In this document: one piece after another, positions 10,296 to 23,039 of the stretch
Position numbering within the stretch: the stretch's first letter is position 1
Layout of the letters: each line of letters opens with the position of its first letter
Origin: Lama guanicoe
Taxonomy: Eukaryota
DNA length: 64,000 nucleotides
Assembly: GCA_013239625.1 (NCBI GenBank)
Contig: MU054117.1
Location: forward strand, 4,454,677 to 4,518,676
Direction: 5' to 3'
Translations under genes and position numbers: made by a program
Notes under the pieces: model-generated
What the model saw: only the letters and a program-made list of their open reading frames with translations
The model's database searches: none
Told to the model about the DNA's origin: nothing

Positions 10296-11752
10296 AAAAC
10301 ATAATGGTGCTTGGAAGCATACTTGGAATTTATCTTCCCTTAATTGGATAAAGGTTCCTGAAAAGCTACTAGGCTTCCTAGAATTTTTATTAATAATTCA
10401 GGTCTCCCAAGCAGTGTTCCAGACAGAGTAGCATCTGCTAAGACATCTCATGCCCCTTGTTTGGAAACCCACTTCCAGCTCTGGCTGGCTGTTCTCGGAA
10501 CCAGAGCTGTTTGCCTCTCCTGATGGCCACAGAGGCACCTCTGCCTACTGCTGATAATTAGCTGCTGTAATTTGATGTATACAGTATATGTGGACATCAA
10601 CACGGCGTCACACGGCAGGACACAGCTTGGCCTAAAGGGGAAGAAAGGTTGGGAATCCAGAGCTTATTCAGTGAGGAGACTTTCTCATCCTATTCTGCAA
10701 CCCTAATGTTTATCTGGCATCTGTGGTTACAAAGGTGAGCAAAAACGCGAGTTGCCAGAGGCCACACAGAGAAGAAGTGGGAAAGCCCATGATCACGCCT
10801 TGCCCTGGCCTCCTGGTCCAGAGCTCTGCCCTGCATCACCACAGCATTTCTCATATCCCATCCAAGCTGAGCCTCCCCATGGCCCAGCCCTGAAATCCCG
10901 AAGCAGAGGCGCCGGGTCTCAGCTGGAAGGGCACCTTCTCTAGGACTCTCCCGGCTGGCATCCTGACAGAGGCGAAGGATCCCAGAATCTCCAGCTGAGC
11001 TCTCCCTGCTTTTCTGTGACACATGGGCTGGAATCCTTTTAGCTCAGACTTCACTGGTGGGAAAGGCTTTGGGATGGTATGATTTGGTTGGACCAAGGAA
11101 CCTCTCCTTTTAATTCAGTTAGTGCATGGTTCCAGGCATCTGCTTTCAAACACATACAAGGCCTCCGTGAATCAGTCACATCCTCTCATAGGAAGATTTA
11201 CTCATTCATTTTGGGCCGCAGACACTTTCCCCTTACTTCCATACCCTCCTAAAACAACCATTATCTCTTTGAAATGGCCTCTCCCAGACTATAAAATGTG
11301 TATTGATTTAGGAAAAAAAACACATACCTCTTTCTTCTTCTGCAAATACTCAGGGACAAATTCATCTGTCCGCCTGAACTTCCGGCTTCTCTCTTTCTGT
11401 GAAACTGAATTACTTGCAATAATTTGCATGAAAGACTTAATGTATCCTAAACACTACGGGGGACAGGTGGGGAGGGTGTTGAGCAGGCTGCTGCCACCCC
11501 TTCCTCAAGTTATTCACTGAGGATGGAACCCCTTGCCCGAAGAGAGAGCCACGGACATTTAGGATGCTGCCGTGGTAGCAAGGAAAATAGGATAGATCTG
11601 AATTCATTGCAGCTTGTACTTAATCCCACAGAATCTCAGAAGTGGAAGAAGTCTGAGTCCTGGAGGTCGGAGTCTCCACCTACTTCATCCTTCAGCTTGC
11701 AAAGGTGACCAGACTTTTCTGGCCTTCACTTTCCCCAAAGTAGTCAGGGATA

Positions 11753-11775
11753 TGTGTGTGTGTGTGTGTGTGTGT
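11753..11775. repeat. (TG)11 microsatellite
   Basis: Perfect dinucleotide run. Confidence 0.95.
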
Positions 11776-12149
11776 TTAAGGACTGTCTTTGTTTTTACAT
11801 TTTGAGCCAATTCTTTTACATTCAGATGTGGATTTCCCATCCACGTGGAAGACCAGCAGGTCCTACATCACTGGGCTGCATTCTCACAGGGAGCGATCAG
11901 CAGGAGACGAGGGTCTTCTGTCTTTGGTTGGGCGTGTTCTGAAGAATCTGCCTGTCCCTTCCACACACTGTTTTGTCTCCAACAAAGAGGTCCATCATGA
12001 GTCGCCAATTATTATTTCACTTGCCTCATATTTTTAGACCACAGAAACATTTCTTTGTAGCCACTTCTCTGTTATACATGGAAAAAAATCAGACACACCA
12101 AGAGAGCTGAGTTTCAAGAAAAACAAGAGACCGTATTTCTTCGTAGGTA

Positions 12150-12600
12150 AAAAACATTCCTCAGCGTTTGGTTAGCTTCTCTCAGTGGTTCTGGCTCAAG
12201 GTATCTCAGATGCTGGCTGGGCCCCAGTCATCTGAAGGTCTGACTAGGGCTGGAGGGTCCCCTTCTGAGACGGCACACTCACAACACTTGTATATTATAC
12301 TGTTTGTTGTCAGGAGGTCATAGTGCTTCACTGTGTGAACCTCTCCAAGGGGATGATTAAACGTCCTCATGACAGGGTACCTGGTTTCCTCCAGCACGAA
12401 TGAACCAAGAGAAAACAAAGTAAAAGGTACATGACTTTTATGACGTAGCCTCAGGAGTCAAATTCTGTTATTTTCAGTGTCCTGTTGGTGACACAACAAC
12501 ACACAGGGCAGCCCTATTTGGTACCGGAGAGGACGACACAGGGGTGTGAATACGGAGAGACAAGACTCACTAGGGGTCTATCTTGGAAGCTGGATGCCAT
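12150..12600 (-). mobile_element. MaLR LTR (MLT1-type)
   Basis: cagtcatctgaaggtctgactagggctggagg..ttttatgacgtagcctcaggagtca..gggtgtgaatac..atcttggaagctgg. Confidence 0.7.
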
Positions 12601-12639
12601 GTATTTCTATGATGCTTATAAGAGACATCCTTAAAATAA

Positions 12640-13230
12640 GACTAGGACATGGAAATGTCTGAAATAAACTCAAGGTGGCTATACTAACATCAGACAAAAC
12701 AGACTTACCAGTCTTTGACTTATCAGACAAAAGAGCAGAGTTAGGTATATAGAGAATGAGATAAATAATGATAAAATTTCAACATACTAAGACTATGTGA
12801 TTATTACAAAATATATTTAATAAAATAGGTTCAAATGCATAAACCAAAAATTAATAGAAATTGGAGAGAAACTGACAACTTCACTACCACAGTGGAAGAT
12901 GTCAACACACATCTCTCTAGATCAAGGAGGCCAAAAAAATAAAAATAGAAAAGACAGAAATTTTGAACAATACAATGAGTAAGTTTGATTTATTGGACAC
13001 ATATAGAATTCTGTACCCAAGAATTAGGGATGACACATTTGGAGCACTTATGAAAATTGACCATATACTAAACCACAAAATAATTCTCAGCAAATTTCAA
13101 AGAATCATTACCAATGTGTTTCCCAGCACAGTACAAGTAATTAGGAGTAAACAGCAAAACGTAATTATTTTTTAATTCCAACACACTTAAAAAATTTAAG
13201 CATGCTACCAACTCATGGGCCAAAGAAGAA
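12640..13230 (+). mobile_element. Decayed L1 ORF2 endonuclease region
   Basis: ORF 12963-13175 (DLLDTYRILYP..KIDHILNHK..LSKFQR) resembles L1 EN DLIDIYRTLHP..KIDHI; neighbouring frames are broken. Confidence 0.8.
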
Positions 13231-13889
13231 ATCACCTAGAGAAACATTAAGTCATGGTTTATCATTCTACACTGTGTGTAAATTTTGGAATATTATCAGT
13301 GTGCTGTCAAAGTTGTATTGGTTTGTAAGTTTAGGAGCAAGCTCTCTTATAACTGAAGAAAAATTCTTTAAAGATCTTTTTAAAAACTGAAAATGGTTCA
13401 TAAATTGGCCATTCTTTTGTGCAGACAGTGTGGCTGGTTTGCTGACTTCAGAAATTGATATTCTTTCCACTTAAGGTTTCTAAAGAAGCTGCAAATGTGG
13501 TATCAAGAAGCAATTAAAGTATTTCTCTAATCCTACCCCAATGCATAAATATAAATACACAAGAAGTCTATATACCAGATCATATTTTTAGTTTTAAGGA
13601 AACTAGTCATGATTAGAAATAAATGCCCTTGAGGACCTCTCTCTCAAAGCAAGAATCGTTAAGTCTCAGGATTTGAGTCTGTGAAGAACTGACTGACTAC
13701 GGTGCTGATGAGGGGATACTGGCTAAAACTTAACCACGTGTAGGTCTTGAGAGAGGCTGGGAAATATAACCTTTAGCTATGTGTCTAGCTAAACATTGGA
13801 GTTCTGTTATTAAAGAAAGAGGCTAGAGTAACTATCAGAGAATCAGCAGCAGACTCTGCCACAAAGAAAATTGCTCCTAATTGGACCAT

Positions 13890-14260
13890 GAATCTGATAT
13901 AACCTTGATGCCAAAACCAGACATAAACCATATAAGAAAAGAAAAGTCCTGGCCAGACTTACGAACATAGAATAACAAGTAAAGGTAAAAAGTCCTAAAC
14001 AAGATATTAGCAGCTGAATACAGCAGTGTATAAAAAAGGTGGTATATTAGGACCAAATGTTATTTATTCCAGAAATGTAAGCGTGGTTTAGCGTCAGAAA
14101 ATCTATCACTCTCACAAGCCATGCTAACAAATTAGAGGATGTGAACATCTCAATAGGCGTAGAAAGAGCATTTGACAAATTTACTCTTTCATAAAAACTC
14201 TGTGAATAAAAGCGAACAGAAGAGAATGCTTTAACCTAACTAAGACTAACTAATAAAAAA
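13890..14260 (+). mobile_element. Decayed L1 ORF2 reverse-transcriptase region
   Basis: Encodes remnants ITLMPKPD, KILAAE, FIPEM*AWF and ISIGVERAFDK (L1 RT has ITLIPKP, GFIPGMQGWF, ISIDAEKAFDK). Confidence 0.8.
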
Positions 14261-14659
14261 CCATGGGATACCATTGGCAACAACATGGATGGACCTTCGG
14301 CAGTCAGGGGGGTGGGTACTATCCAAGCAAACAAACAGCCAGACCTGGAAATAGACAGCAGGCACCCCTGACTCAGGGACTCAGTGGCAGCCATGGTCTA
14401 GGAAAGGCTGAGCCCACACACCCATGCCTTCTGCCCAGCCCACCGCCAGCGCCTGTTTCCTGCTCCCCCTGGGTCACCCTCCGAGTCTCAGATCCACCTT
14501 ACCTTCCCTGAACCCCAGGCTGGGGCAGCTCTGCTCTGTGCATCAACACCCCTTGCTCCCCGGCCATGTGCTGGCATCACTGCAGGTCACGGAGCCCCAG
14601 AGTGCCGGACAAATCACTCCAAGAGCTTCTACTTGGTGGAGGGAGGAAGGTGATGAAGT

Positions 14660-14805
14660 CTGTATTCCCCTGACATTCCTGTGTTGAAACCCTAAACACC
14701 CAAAGTGACGGTACTTGGAGGTGGGGTCTTCGAGAGGTAATTAGGGTCAAAAAGTCACAGGGTGGGGGGAACCCTCATGATGGGATTAGTGCCCTCATAA
14801 GAAGC
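14660..14805 (+). mobile_element. MLT1A-like MaLR LTR 5' fragment
   Basis: gtgttgaaaccctaa..ggtacttggaggtggggtctt..ccctcatgatgggattagtgccctcataaga. Confidence 0.75.
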
Positions 14806-14814
14806 CAAGGACAA

Positions 14815-14924
14815 GTCCAAGAGATGCATGCGCCCAGCGTTCACAGCAACGCTTCTTACAACAGCCAAGACAGGGAAGCGACCTAAGTGCCCACTGACAG
14901 GCGCCTGGGTAGAGAGGCTGTGGT

Positions 14925-14960
<36 letters not shown>

Positions 14961-15240
14961 TGGAATACTACTTGCCATAAAAAGGAATGAAATAATGCCA
15001 TTTGCAGCAACATGGATGGACCTGGAGAACATCATTCCAAGTGAAGTAAGGAGAGAGACAAATATCACATGATATCACTTATATGTGGAATCTTAAAACA
15101 TGATACAAATGAACTTAGCTGCAAAACATAAAGAGACTCATAGACATAGAAAATAAATTTATGGTTTCCAAAGGCGGGAGTGGGGGGAAATTAGGAGTTT
15201 GGGATTTGCAGATACACACTACTATATACAAAACAGATAG
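14815..15240 (+). mobile_element. Cetartiodactyl-type L1 ORF2 end and 3' UTR
   Basis: gccataaaaaggaatgaaataatgccatttgcagcaacatggatggacctggag (AIKRNEIMPFAATWMDLE)..gatacaaatgaactta..ggagtttgggattt. Confidence 0.9.
14929..14958. repeat. (AC)15 microsatellite inside L1
   Basis: Perfect dinucleotide run. Confidence 0.95.
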
Positions 15241-15921
15241 ACCACACTCCCACTTTACAGGCGAGGAAAGGGGGCGTCTGAGAGGTCGAGGATCTGGACC
15301 CAGGTCACAGCGTTGGTCAGTGGTGACATCAGGACCCGAACCCATGTGCAGGCCTGCCTTCCCTCTGCCTGGAACAAGGGGCCCCAGCTCTTTCCGTGCA
15401 GGGCAGGCCCCAGGCACACAGACAGAATCCCTCGTGTTTACACTAGAGCTTCCTTTCCCAAACCTCCTTGACCTGAGGGACAAAGAGGTTCCCCAGCTTC
15501 CTTCCCCAGGGCCGTGGACTTCCCCATCCCCCTCCCCCTCCCCACCCCTGCCTCAGCACCTCCCACCCCGACGCGGGCCACCAAGGCAGCCAGGCAGAAA
15601 GGCCTGGGGACAAGTAGTTGATTGTGGACGCTCTCGACTGGCCTTTCCCGAAGTCCCAGGAGAAAGGAAATCTAGACGGCATGCTGGGTGGTAGACAGGC
15701 CGGGCCCCGGTGAGCAGGGAGCAGAGGGGAGGCTGGGCAGTCAGAGGGCAGGGGTGAGGGGCAGAGAGACGCTGGTGTCACTTCCTATCGGATCTTCAGT
15801 AAAGCCGCATCCACACGGACCAGACAGTAACCCTGCCACCCTCCCACACCCAGGAGTCTCGGAGTGGGTCTGAGATCCTCTCCGAAAGCTGGGAAGACGT
15901 GTCATCCTGTTTACATGTTAG

Positions 15922-16115
15922 CCGGGGTCAGTAAACTACGGCCTGAAGGCCGAACCCAGCCAGCAGCTGTTTACGTACAGCTCACTAGCTGAGGATGGTT
16001 TTCCCATTTTTAAAGGGCTAAAGAGAGAGAGGGGAGAGGAGGAGGACAAAAGACCGTATGTCACCCACAAAGCCTAAAATAGCTACTTTTTGCAGAAAAA
16101 GTGTGCCCACGCCTG
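15922..16115 (+). mobile_element. MER58-family hAT-Charlie MITE
   Basis: Termini ccggggtcagtaaactacggcc..cacaaagcctaaaata..gcagaaaaagtgtgcccacgcctg resemble MER58 inverted ends. Confidence 0.75.
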
Positions 16116-19100
16116 GCCTGAACTGACCCAGCTGCGAGGCCCTGCACCCACCCACCCCTGGTGCAGGACACTGGTGTGTTATTTAACTTGCGTAAGGCTC
16201 AGTCTCCCCGTGTGTAAAGCAGAGGCATAAACAGCACCCACGTCCCAGGGCACTGAGAGTTGAATCAGGTACAATCAGTGCCAAGTCCTCGACCCAGAGC
16301 CCCTGGGCTCCTGCAGGTGGCGAGTTACGGTGGCTGATGGCGGCGGTGGCGGTGGTAACGGCTGGAGTGTGGGACAAGGGTCTTACCCTGACCCGCTAAC
16401 CGTCCCCACGTTACAGAGCAACGTGGAAAATGAATCATGGGGGTGACTCATCTGAGGTCACTTGGCTACACATAGGATGTCACCAGGGCCGCTTTCCACA
16501 GACTCATGAAGGTCCCTGGTGCCCCACTTCCCTGCCCCTTGGGGTCTCCCCCGACCTGCTCCTGCAGCCCTGCCCACCACCCTCCTCAACGCTTCTGCCT
16601 TGGCCTCCACTCTCACAGAACTTCCCTCTTTTCAAGAAGCTGGCTGCTCTCCTCTGCCCTGTTAGTTGCCAACAGCTGCAGGCATTTCACACCCTAGGGG
16701 TATCTTCATTTAACACAGAACTCCTAGTGCCCCCAAATCCATAGGTATCCACCTCTGATGGCGTAACACTTTTGTGTAGGAGCTGTGCTGAAAATCACAG
16801 GTGCTGCTTCAGACCGAAGCATCCTCTCATGTTTACCAGGCTCCTCCCCATATTGGGACCAAAGCCTCTCTGAGTCACAATCCAAATTCTGTCTCACTTG
16901 TTTAGCTCACGCTCTGGGACAGACAGACAAATATACACACGACTTGGCCACGGAATTCAGCTCGGCTGTGGTCCAGCTGGTCATCCAGTCCCCTCCGGCC
17001 CCCAGGCTCATCCATCCCTCACCAGCCCTCCAGTGCGTGAAGGAGGCAGGGTCTCTCCAAGGGTCACATGAGGAGAGATGATTAGTACATATGTTTCATA
17101 AAATGAAGAGATGCCCAAACAGGGTTATAGAACTTGTGATCTATCTTTAATATTTACATTGCAAAATCTACACTCTCAACCCCAAGGTGTAATGCAATCT
17201 AATGGTGCTGATCTACAGAATAATTTCAGGACTGACAAACATTCACGTATCCTGAACTCTCAGGCAAAGTGGTCCAGCGGTGAGACAGGTGGGAGTTTAC
17301 AGCGGAGCAGCAGTGACTTCTTTCAGTTCCACCCGCGTGTCTCCACGACGACCACTGCTCACTTTGTTGGGAGATGAAGTCCCGTCCGGAACCAAGACTG
17401 GAGCCCAGAGGCAAAGTCTTTCGCCAGGCTCTGGAGGGAATCTCTAGACCCTCTCCTGCCGCTGAGCTGTGCTGAGTGGCTGCTGTCACCCGAATTCTGG
17501 ACCTGGATTCTCTTCTCTTGCATCAAGCCTGCCCCAAAGGCTGTCAGCCTCTCCTGCCCATCACGGGGAGAGCTCCGTGGTCAGAGGCCTCCACCATGAT
17601 GGCCACGCCCCCTGAGGAGGAGGCGTGGGGAGGAAGAGGAAGGGGGTGTCTGGGAGACCTCCCACAAGGGATCATACTCCGGAGCCTCTCGGAATGCGGG
17701 GAAGTACAGGGTGTCTACAAAGGCATCCTGAGCACAAAGGCCGGAAGAGCTGCTCAGGGCCCAGGCCCAGCAAAACAGACACGTCACCCACCTCCCCTGG
17801 CTGCCCCGGGAGCTGTTCCCCAGATTCCGCAGAGGTGTCCCCACCTCCACCAGGATGGCACTCTGGCTGCACTGCCTCCAAAATAAACTGCCAGGGAACC
17901 CGCGCCTCCAGCGCCCCCACCAGCCAGGCCGCAGCCAGGCCACCTAGGGTGGTGGGGCCAGCGTGACTCTGAGCTCACCCCTCGTCATTTAGGGAGCACG
18001 TGCGTCCCTGAGCAGCCCTGAGGGGCGCTCGCCGTCCAGACAGGGAAGCAGAGGCCTGGCCTGGGCCAACTCCGGTGTGAGTCCTGCCACTGGCCTAAAA
18101 CGGGTCTCTGACACCTCAGTGCTTCGGCCTCCTCCTCGGCCCCGGGGGGAAATGGCATCTGTCTGCAGTAACTCACAGCCCGGGAATCAAAGGAGTCCCT
18201 GTGGATAGAGGGGCTGGGTGAGCCCCACAGCTCTCCCGCCCCCCAGGCAGCTCTGCGGCTCTGCACCTCTGGGAGGGGGCAGCAAGGGCACCGGGGGGGC
18301 CCCGTGTGCCCCTCCATGGGCTCACACACAGAGCCCGCTGATCCCTCCAGGCGAGGGCTGGCCCCATCTGAATGACGCGGAAACCAAGGCCCGGGGACTG
18401 GAGTGACTCGCCCCACGCCACCTAGCAGCTGAGTGACAGAGCTGGTCCTGGGGCCGCAGTCCCCCTCCCGTGTCTCCCCGTTACCTCAGATACCTCTCTC
18501 AGGAGAGAGGCTTCACTGCCGGCCTCAGCTGGGGCGGGACACAGGATTCCCGAGTCTGCCCTGGGCCTGGGCTTGACAAGCCATCTCCGTGATCCCCTTG
18601 TCCTCCTCTACCGCAGAGACGGGCAGAAGAAGCAAGAAGAACATTCGGTTTGGCTCAAACTGCTTTGTGTGAGGGGCTGTGGCAGTCCCTGCGGTACACA
18701 CAGAACAAACGAGCGAATCTCAGTTCCCGCCCGCAGTGTGTGACACAGCAGTAACTAAAATCTGAGAATCAGTTTCCAATCTACCTTTCCTCTGCTCACG
18801 TTTCCTTCCAAGTGGGCAGGTGTCATCGGCGCAGTTCTACAAACGTGGACTCGAGACGGAAAGAGCAGCCTAAGTGGGGAACCGCGCTGCTCTGACCGAA
18901 TCCCCTTAAACCTTCCCCCGAGGCACCATCCCTAAAAGAACTAGAACTTGAGACAAAACATGATGATGACTCTTGCTTCAGGTCAGACTCTCTCAGCTGC
19001 AAGTGACAATAAAGAAAAGGCAAACTGACACAAGGCAGGAGTTCATATCACTGGCAAGTCCGCCACCTCTGAGACCTGGCTTCTCTCCATTTCCCAGCTG

Positions 19101-19381
19101 GCGTCTCCGTGGGCCACATGGGATAACACAGTGGAGACAGTGGTTCCAGCGTGTTTGGGTCCAGGTTCAAGCCCAGCAGGGAGGAGCCCCCGCCTCTCCC
19201 CCAGAAGCCTGGGCTGAAGTCTCACTGGCTCTGGTTGGAGCCCCAACCCCTCCCCAAACTCATCACTGTGGCTTTGATGACCCAGCATGACTTTGGCCCA
19301 GGGAGCTGATTCACAGAGCTGGATCAGTCCCACTCAAAGCAAAAGGGCACAAGGTGGGGAGGGGGAGGCTCTTAAAGGAAA

Positions 19382-19467
19382 TTTTTTTTGAATGGAGGTA
19401 CCGGGGATTGAATGCGGGACGTCATGCATGCTAAGCATACACTCTACCACTGAGCTATACCCACCCC
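19382..19467 (-). mobile_element. tRNA-Ala-derived SINE (vic-1-like), short form
   Basis: Reverse strand gggtatagctcagtggtagagtgtatgcttagcatgcatg..ttcaatccccggtacctccatt plus A tail; flanked by aaaggaaa repeats. Confidence 0.85.
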
Positions 19468-20689
19468 ACCGAAAGGAAACCTGAGGTACTGTTTTATCCA
19501 AAGGCTGAAGGCGTGCTAGATGAGCTGACTGTGCACACGAGTAAAAAGGAATTAAAGACTGTCATCTGCCTTGTCTGGCCCCAGAGGCCTTGTCTCTGAT
19601 TCTCTGAGCCTCCTCCATTGGATAACAAATTCCCCTATTGGCATCTAAACTACAACCTCCAAGGGTACCTAAGAGTTTTCAGGACAGGGAGGCTGAGTAA
19701 AAATGTGCTTTTGATTTCGAATTGGAAATAGCAGATTCTGTGGATGTTATGCACCAACTGTGGACCAACACTTTCTGTCTTCCAAGAGGGATACTGGGGG
19801 GTGAAGGGCTCCAACTGTACCTCCGCTCACCTCCCCCAGCTACCCAGGGGCGCCCAGACTTGACGGTTCTAACTCAGAAACGCCTCTCAGCACCAGCCGC
19901 TTGTCCATCCCACGTGTCATGGCTGGCATGTCACTGCCGGCTCCCAGCTGGGCTTGCGGTGATGTCTTAACTAGCATCCCCCTCTCGCCTTCCCCTACTC
20001 CAGGCTATCCCACCCTCAGGCGATTTTCCCCCCAAATGGTGACTCAGCCACACCCGTGCTGCTCCGGGCTGGCTTCCAGAGGGAAACAGGGAGCAGCAAT
20101 GGGGTTTCCTAAACAGCGCTTAATGAGCATTAAGTGAAGGGACAAGGGGTGGAGGAGCCCTAGGGACTAGCAGAAGCTGGAGGTCTCCACCTCCCTCGGC
20201 CTCAGGGCTAAAGAGAGGAAGCCATGTTACGGGATCCAAGGAGACTTGGGGCCACCAAGGGCTGCCTGGCAGGAGTTGTGGCCACAGAAGGATGCAGCCA
20301 CCACCTGGAAAGTGACAAGGCAACAGAGGATAAATACCTCAACCTCGCTCGCCTCCTGCCCTCCGACCAGAGGGCCAGGGAGCCTGGGTGAAGCAGAGCA
20401 CACACGAGGCCAGAGCAGGTTAGAGAGCGGGTGGCTGGCAGAGCAGAGCAAATGGAAAATAACCAGCACACTCAAGTGAAGCCTGGATTCACCTGCCTCG
20501 CTCTCAGGAGCAGCCCGAGCTCTCAGCCTGGAATAGCAGACATTCTGGCCACACCTCTCCATCCCGCCTCCCACCATCCCCATGCCCAAGCCCGTTACCC
20601 CAGACCCACGTAGCCCTTTCACAAATTCCCGCCTTGCCAGCTGTATTCCCTCTGCTTGTATTCTGCTTTCTCCATTCCCCACACCTTCT

Positions 20690-20985
20690 CCTTCTTTACA
20701 TGGCAAACTCTTATTCATCCTTCAAAGCCTTTTTCTGATGGCACCTCTTTCATGCAGACTTCACCAAGTCCTGCACTCAGAGTATTCCCTCTGCTCCCAC
20801 AGACACCTCCGAAGAGCCCCCCAGAGCAGCCATGGCCTTGTTCTGGGACTGTTGACTTATGTGTCTCCCTGTCCAGACTGTGAGCTTTCTGACGGTGGGG
20901 ACTGGGTCTATTCACCTCTCCATCCTGGGCCCAATGACAGTGTCAGGCACATAGTCAGCCCATAAATAGTCACTGAATCTATGAG
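20690..20985 (+). mobile_element. L2 3' end
   Basis: agactgtgagctttctga..acagtgtcaggcacatagtcagcccataaatagtcactgaat. Confidence 0.65.
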
Positions 20986-23000
20986 TAAAAGATGAGAAAA
21001 CTTTTGTTTCCCTGTTTTGCACAACAGGGAAGCAGGGTGAGCAGGAGTCAAGAGAAAGGGGAAAGTGCACCCTAACACCCCCACCTACTTTGTTCTTTTC
21101 TCTCCCAATCCAGCGCCAGGCTCAGCCTTATGTAATACGGGGAGGCTCTCTCCTTGGCCTTTCTCTTGCTGGACAAGTGCCACGTGTGGGTTGTGTGGAC
21201 CGCAGGCCCCCTGCCCTGCCCACAGAGCCCAGAGCCCCTGCACAGCATCTGCAGGACTCTCTGCGGCCGTGTCCCCCCACCCAGGAGCAGCCCTGACCGG
21301 GCAGCGTGACCACAAGCAGGACTTTGCCACCCTGCTCGTTATGCACACAGACACGTGTCAAAGCATCTCTGACCAGCCCAGGGGGACAAGACTCATTCCT
21401 TCCTCTCCCTTTGTCTATTTTCATTTACAAACGTGTGCAGGGGGCCTCCCATGTGCCAAGCCCTGAGGACACAGCCGCAAGTGAGCACAGGAGGACACAC
21501 AGTCCAGCGGGGAGGGCAGAGGCGGTGGGAAGGGGAGGGATGGGGGGCAACCATGACGACAGACGGTGAGGAAGGCAAAAGCAGAAGGGTCTTCACTGAC
21601 AGTTCCTCTTCCCCTTCCAGCCTGGATTCCAGAAGTCAAGGGACCTGAGGACAAGCATCCATGGGCAGGAGAGGCACCGCATGGGCTGCCCAGGGCCGCG
21701 TCACCGAGGACCACAGACTGGAATGCACTCTCTCACCTTCTGGAGGCCAGCAGTCGAGGCCAAGGTGTGGGCGGGTCCTCCTTCTGATGGGCAGAGAGGG
21801 AGGGTGGATGAGCAAGTTCTAATTTTGCTGACCCCTGGCCCCGCTGTACTCCTGACAGGGGCCACTTCCCTAGCACATTTCCCCAGCCTGGCTGACTCAC
21901 TGGACAGGAAGGGCAGGGCAGGAACAGCTGGCAGCCGACTGAGGACCCCTCGCCTCTGGCCAGGCCCCCACACACCAGCCCTCCCCACTCTGTGGGTCTT
22001 GCCTGGCTAGTGGGTGGCCACTGGCCCCTGAGGGGAGGGCCACATGGGCCCTGCTCTCCCTCCCTGGACAGTCCCTTATCCAGGGGCCCAGCTGTCTGGA
22101 GAGGTTTCCACTACAAGTCACTCATCCGTCCACATACTGAGCCCTCACTTCCTTTCAACAAGTAAGTATTAATGCCCACCGAGGGCTCGACTGAGGCCCT
22201 GCACATACAGCAGCAAGCACTGGGAACAGCCGTTGCCCCCGTGAAGTCCACACGCGAATGGAAGGAGACAAAAAAAAAAAATCAACATAGGCCACATCAA
22301 CTGGTGCTAAAGGCAATGGGAGGGCAGAGCAGGAGAAGGGGACAGTGACACATTGGGGGGGCCAGGCTGGGCCATAGTCAGGTTGAGAAGCCTGACAAGG
22401 GTCCTTTGGAGCTAGGCCCAAGGAAGGAAGGATCCTGGGGGAGGGAGATCCAGGCTGAGGGACAAGCAGGAGCCCAGGTCAGAGGCGCAGTGTGCCTGTC
22501 AGTTTCCAGAAGCATCCAGCAGTCCAGGATGTCTGTATTGGGGGAGGGGCCGAGGGGACCAGATGCACCTTATGGCCTTGACGTTACAGTGCAGGCCCTG
22601 AGGAACTGGGGTTTACCCCCGAGGAACTGGAGATTAAAAAGGATGAGAACAAAATGTCCCATGTCCTCAAGGAAACTCCTGTCTAGAATCAGAAGTGGAG
22701 CAAGCCCCAGATGGGGCAATAGGGACAGTGGGATTCAGGCTGAAGATGTGTGGAATTCAGCCTCCGGACGGATGCCCGTTCTCTGCCGGGCCCGGGGAAA
22801 CACTGCCTTCTCGGCTTAGAAGCCTGCTCTTCTGCGTCAGTGTTGGCTTAAGAGTCCTTGCCCCCAAAGGGGGGGCCTGTTTGTTTGTTCATCTTAAATT
22901 TAAATTGAGGGGGAAAGTGTCGTAATCTTTGGGTTAACCTGAAAGCTGAGTTGCCCAGCCACAGCCAACCCCGTGCCAGAGAAAGCAGGACACAGAGTGA

Positions 23001-23008
23001 GTGTGTGT

Positions 23009-23039
<31 letters not shown>
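23001..23039. repeat. (GT)n microsatellite, about 19 units with one interruption
   Basis: Read directly. Confidence 0.95.

Noticed and set aside
12963..14260. Reverse transcriptase / endonuclease-like peptides as a possible novel retroelement system
   Set aside because: Fragmented, stop-ridden remnants of ordinary L1 ORF2.
16310..16323. CTCF-like cctgcaggtggcga
   Set aside because: It lies at the decayed end of a MIR. Single matches of this quality are expected by chance in GC-rich DNA.
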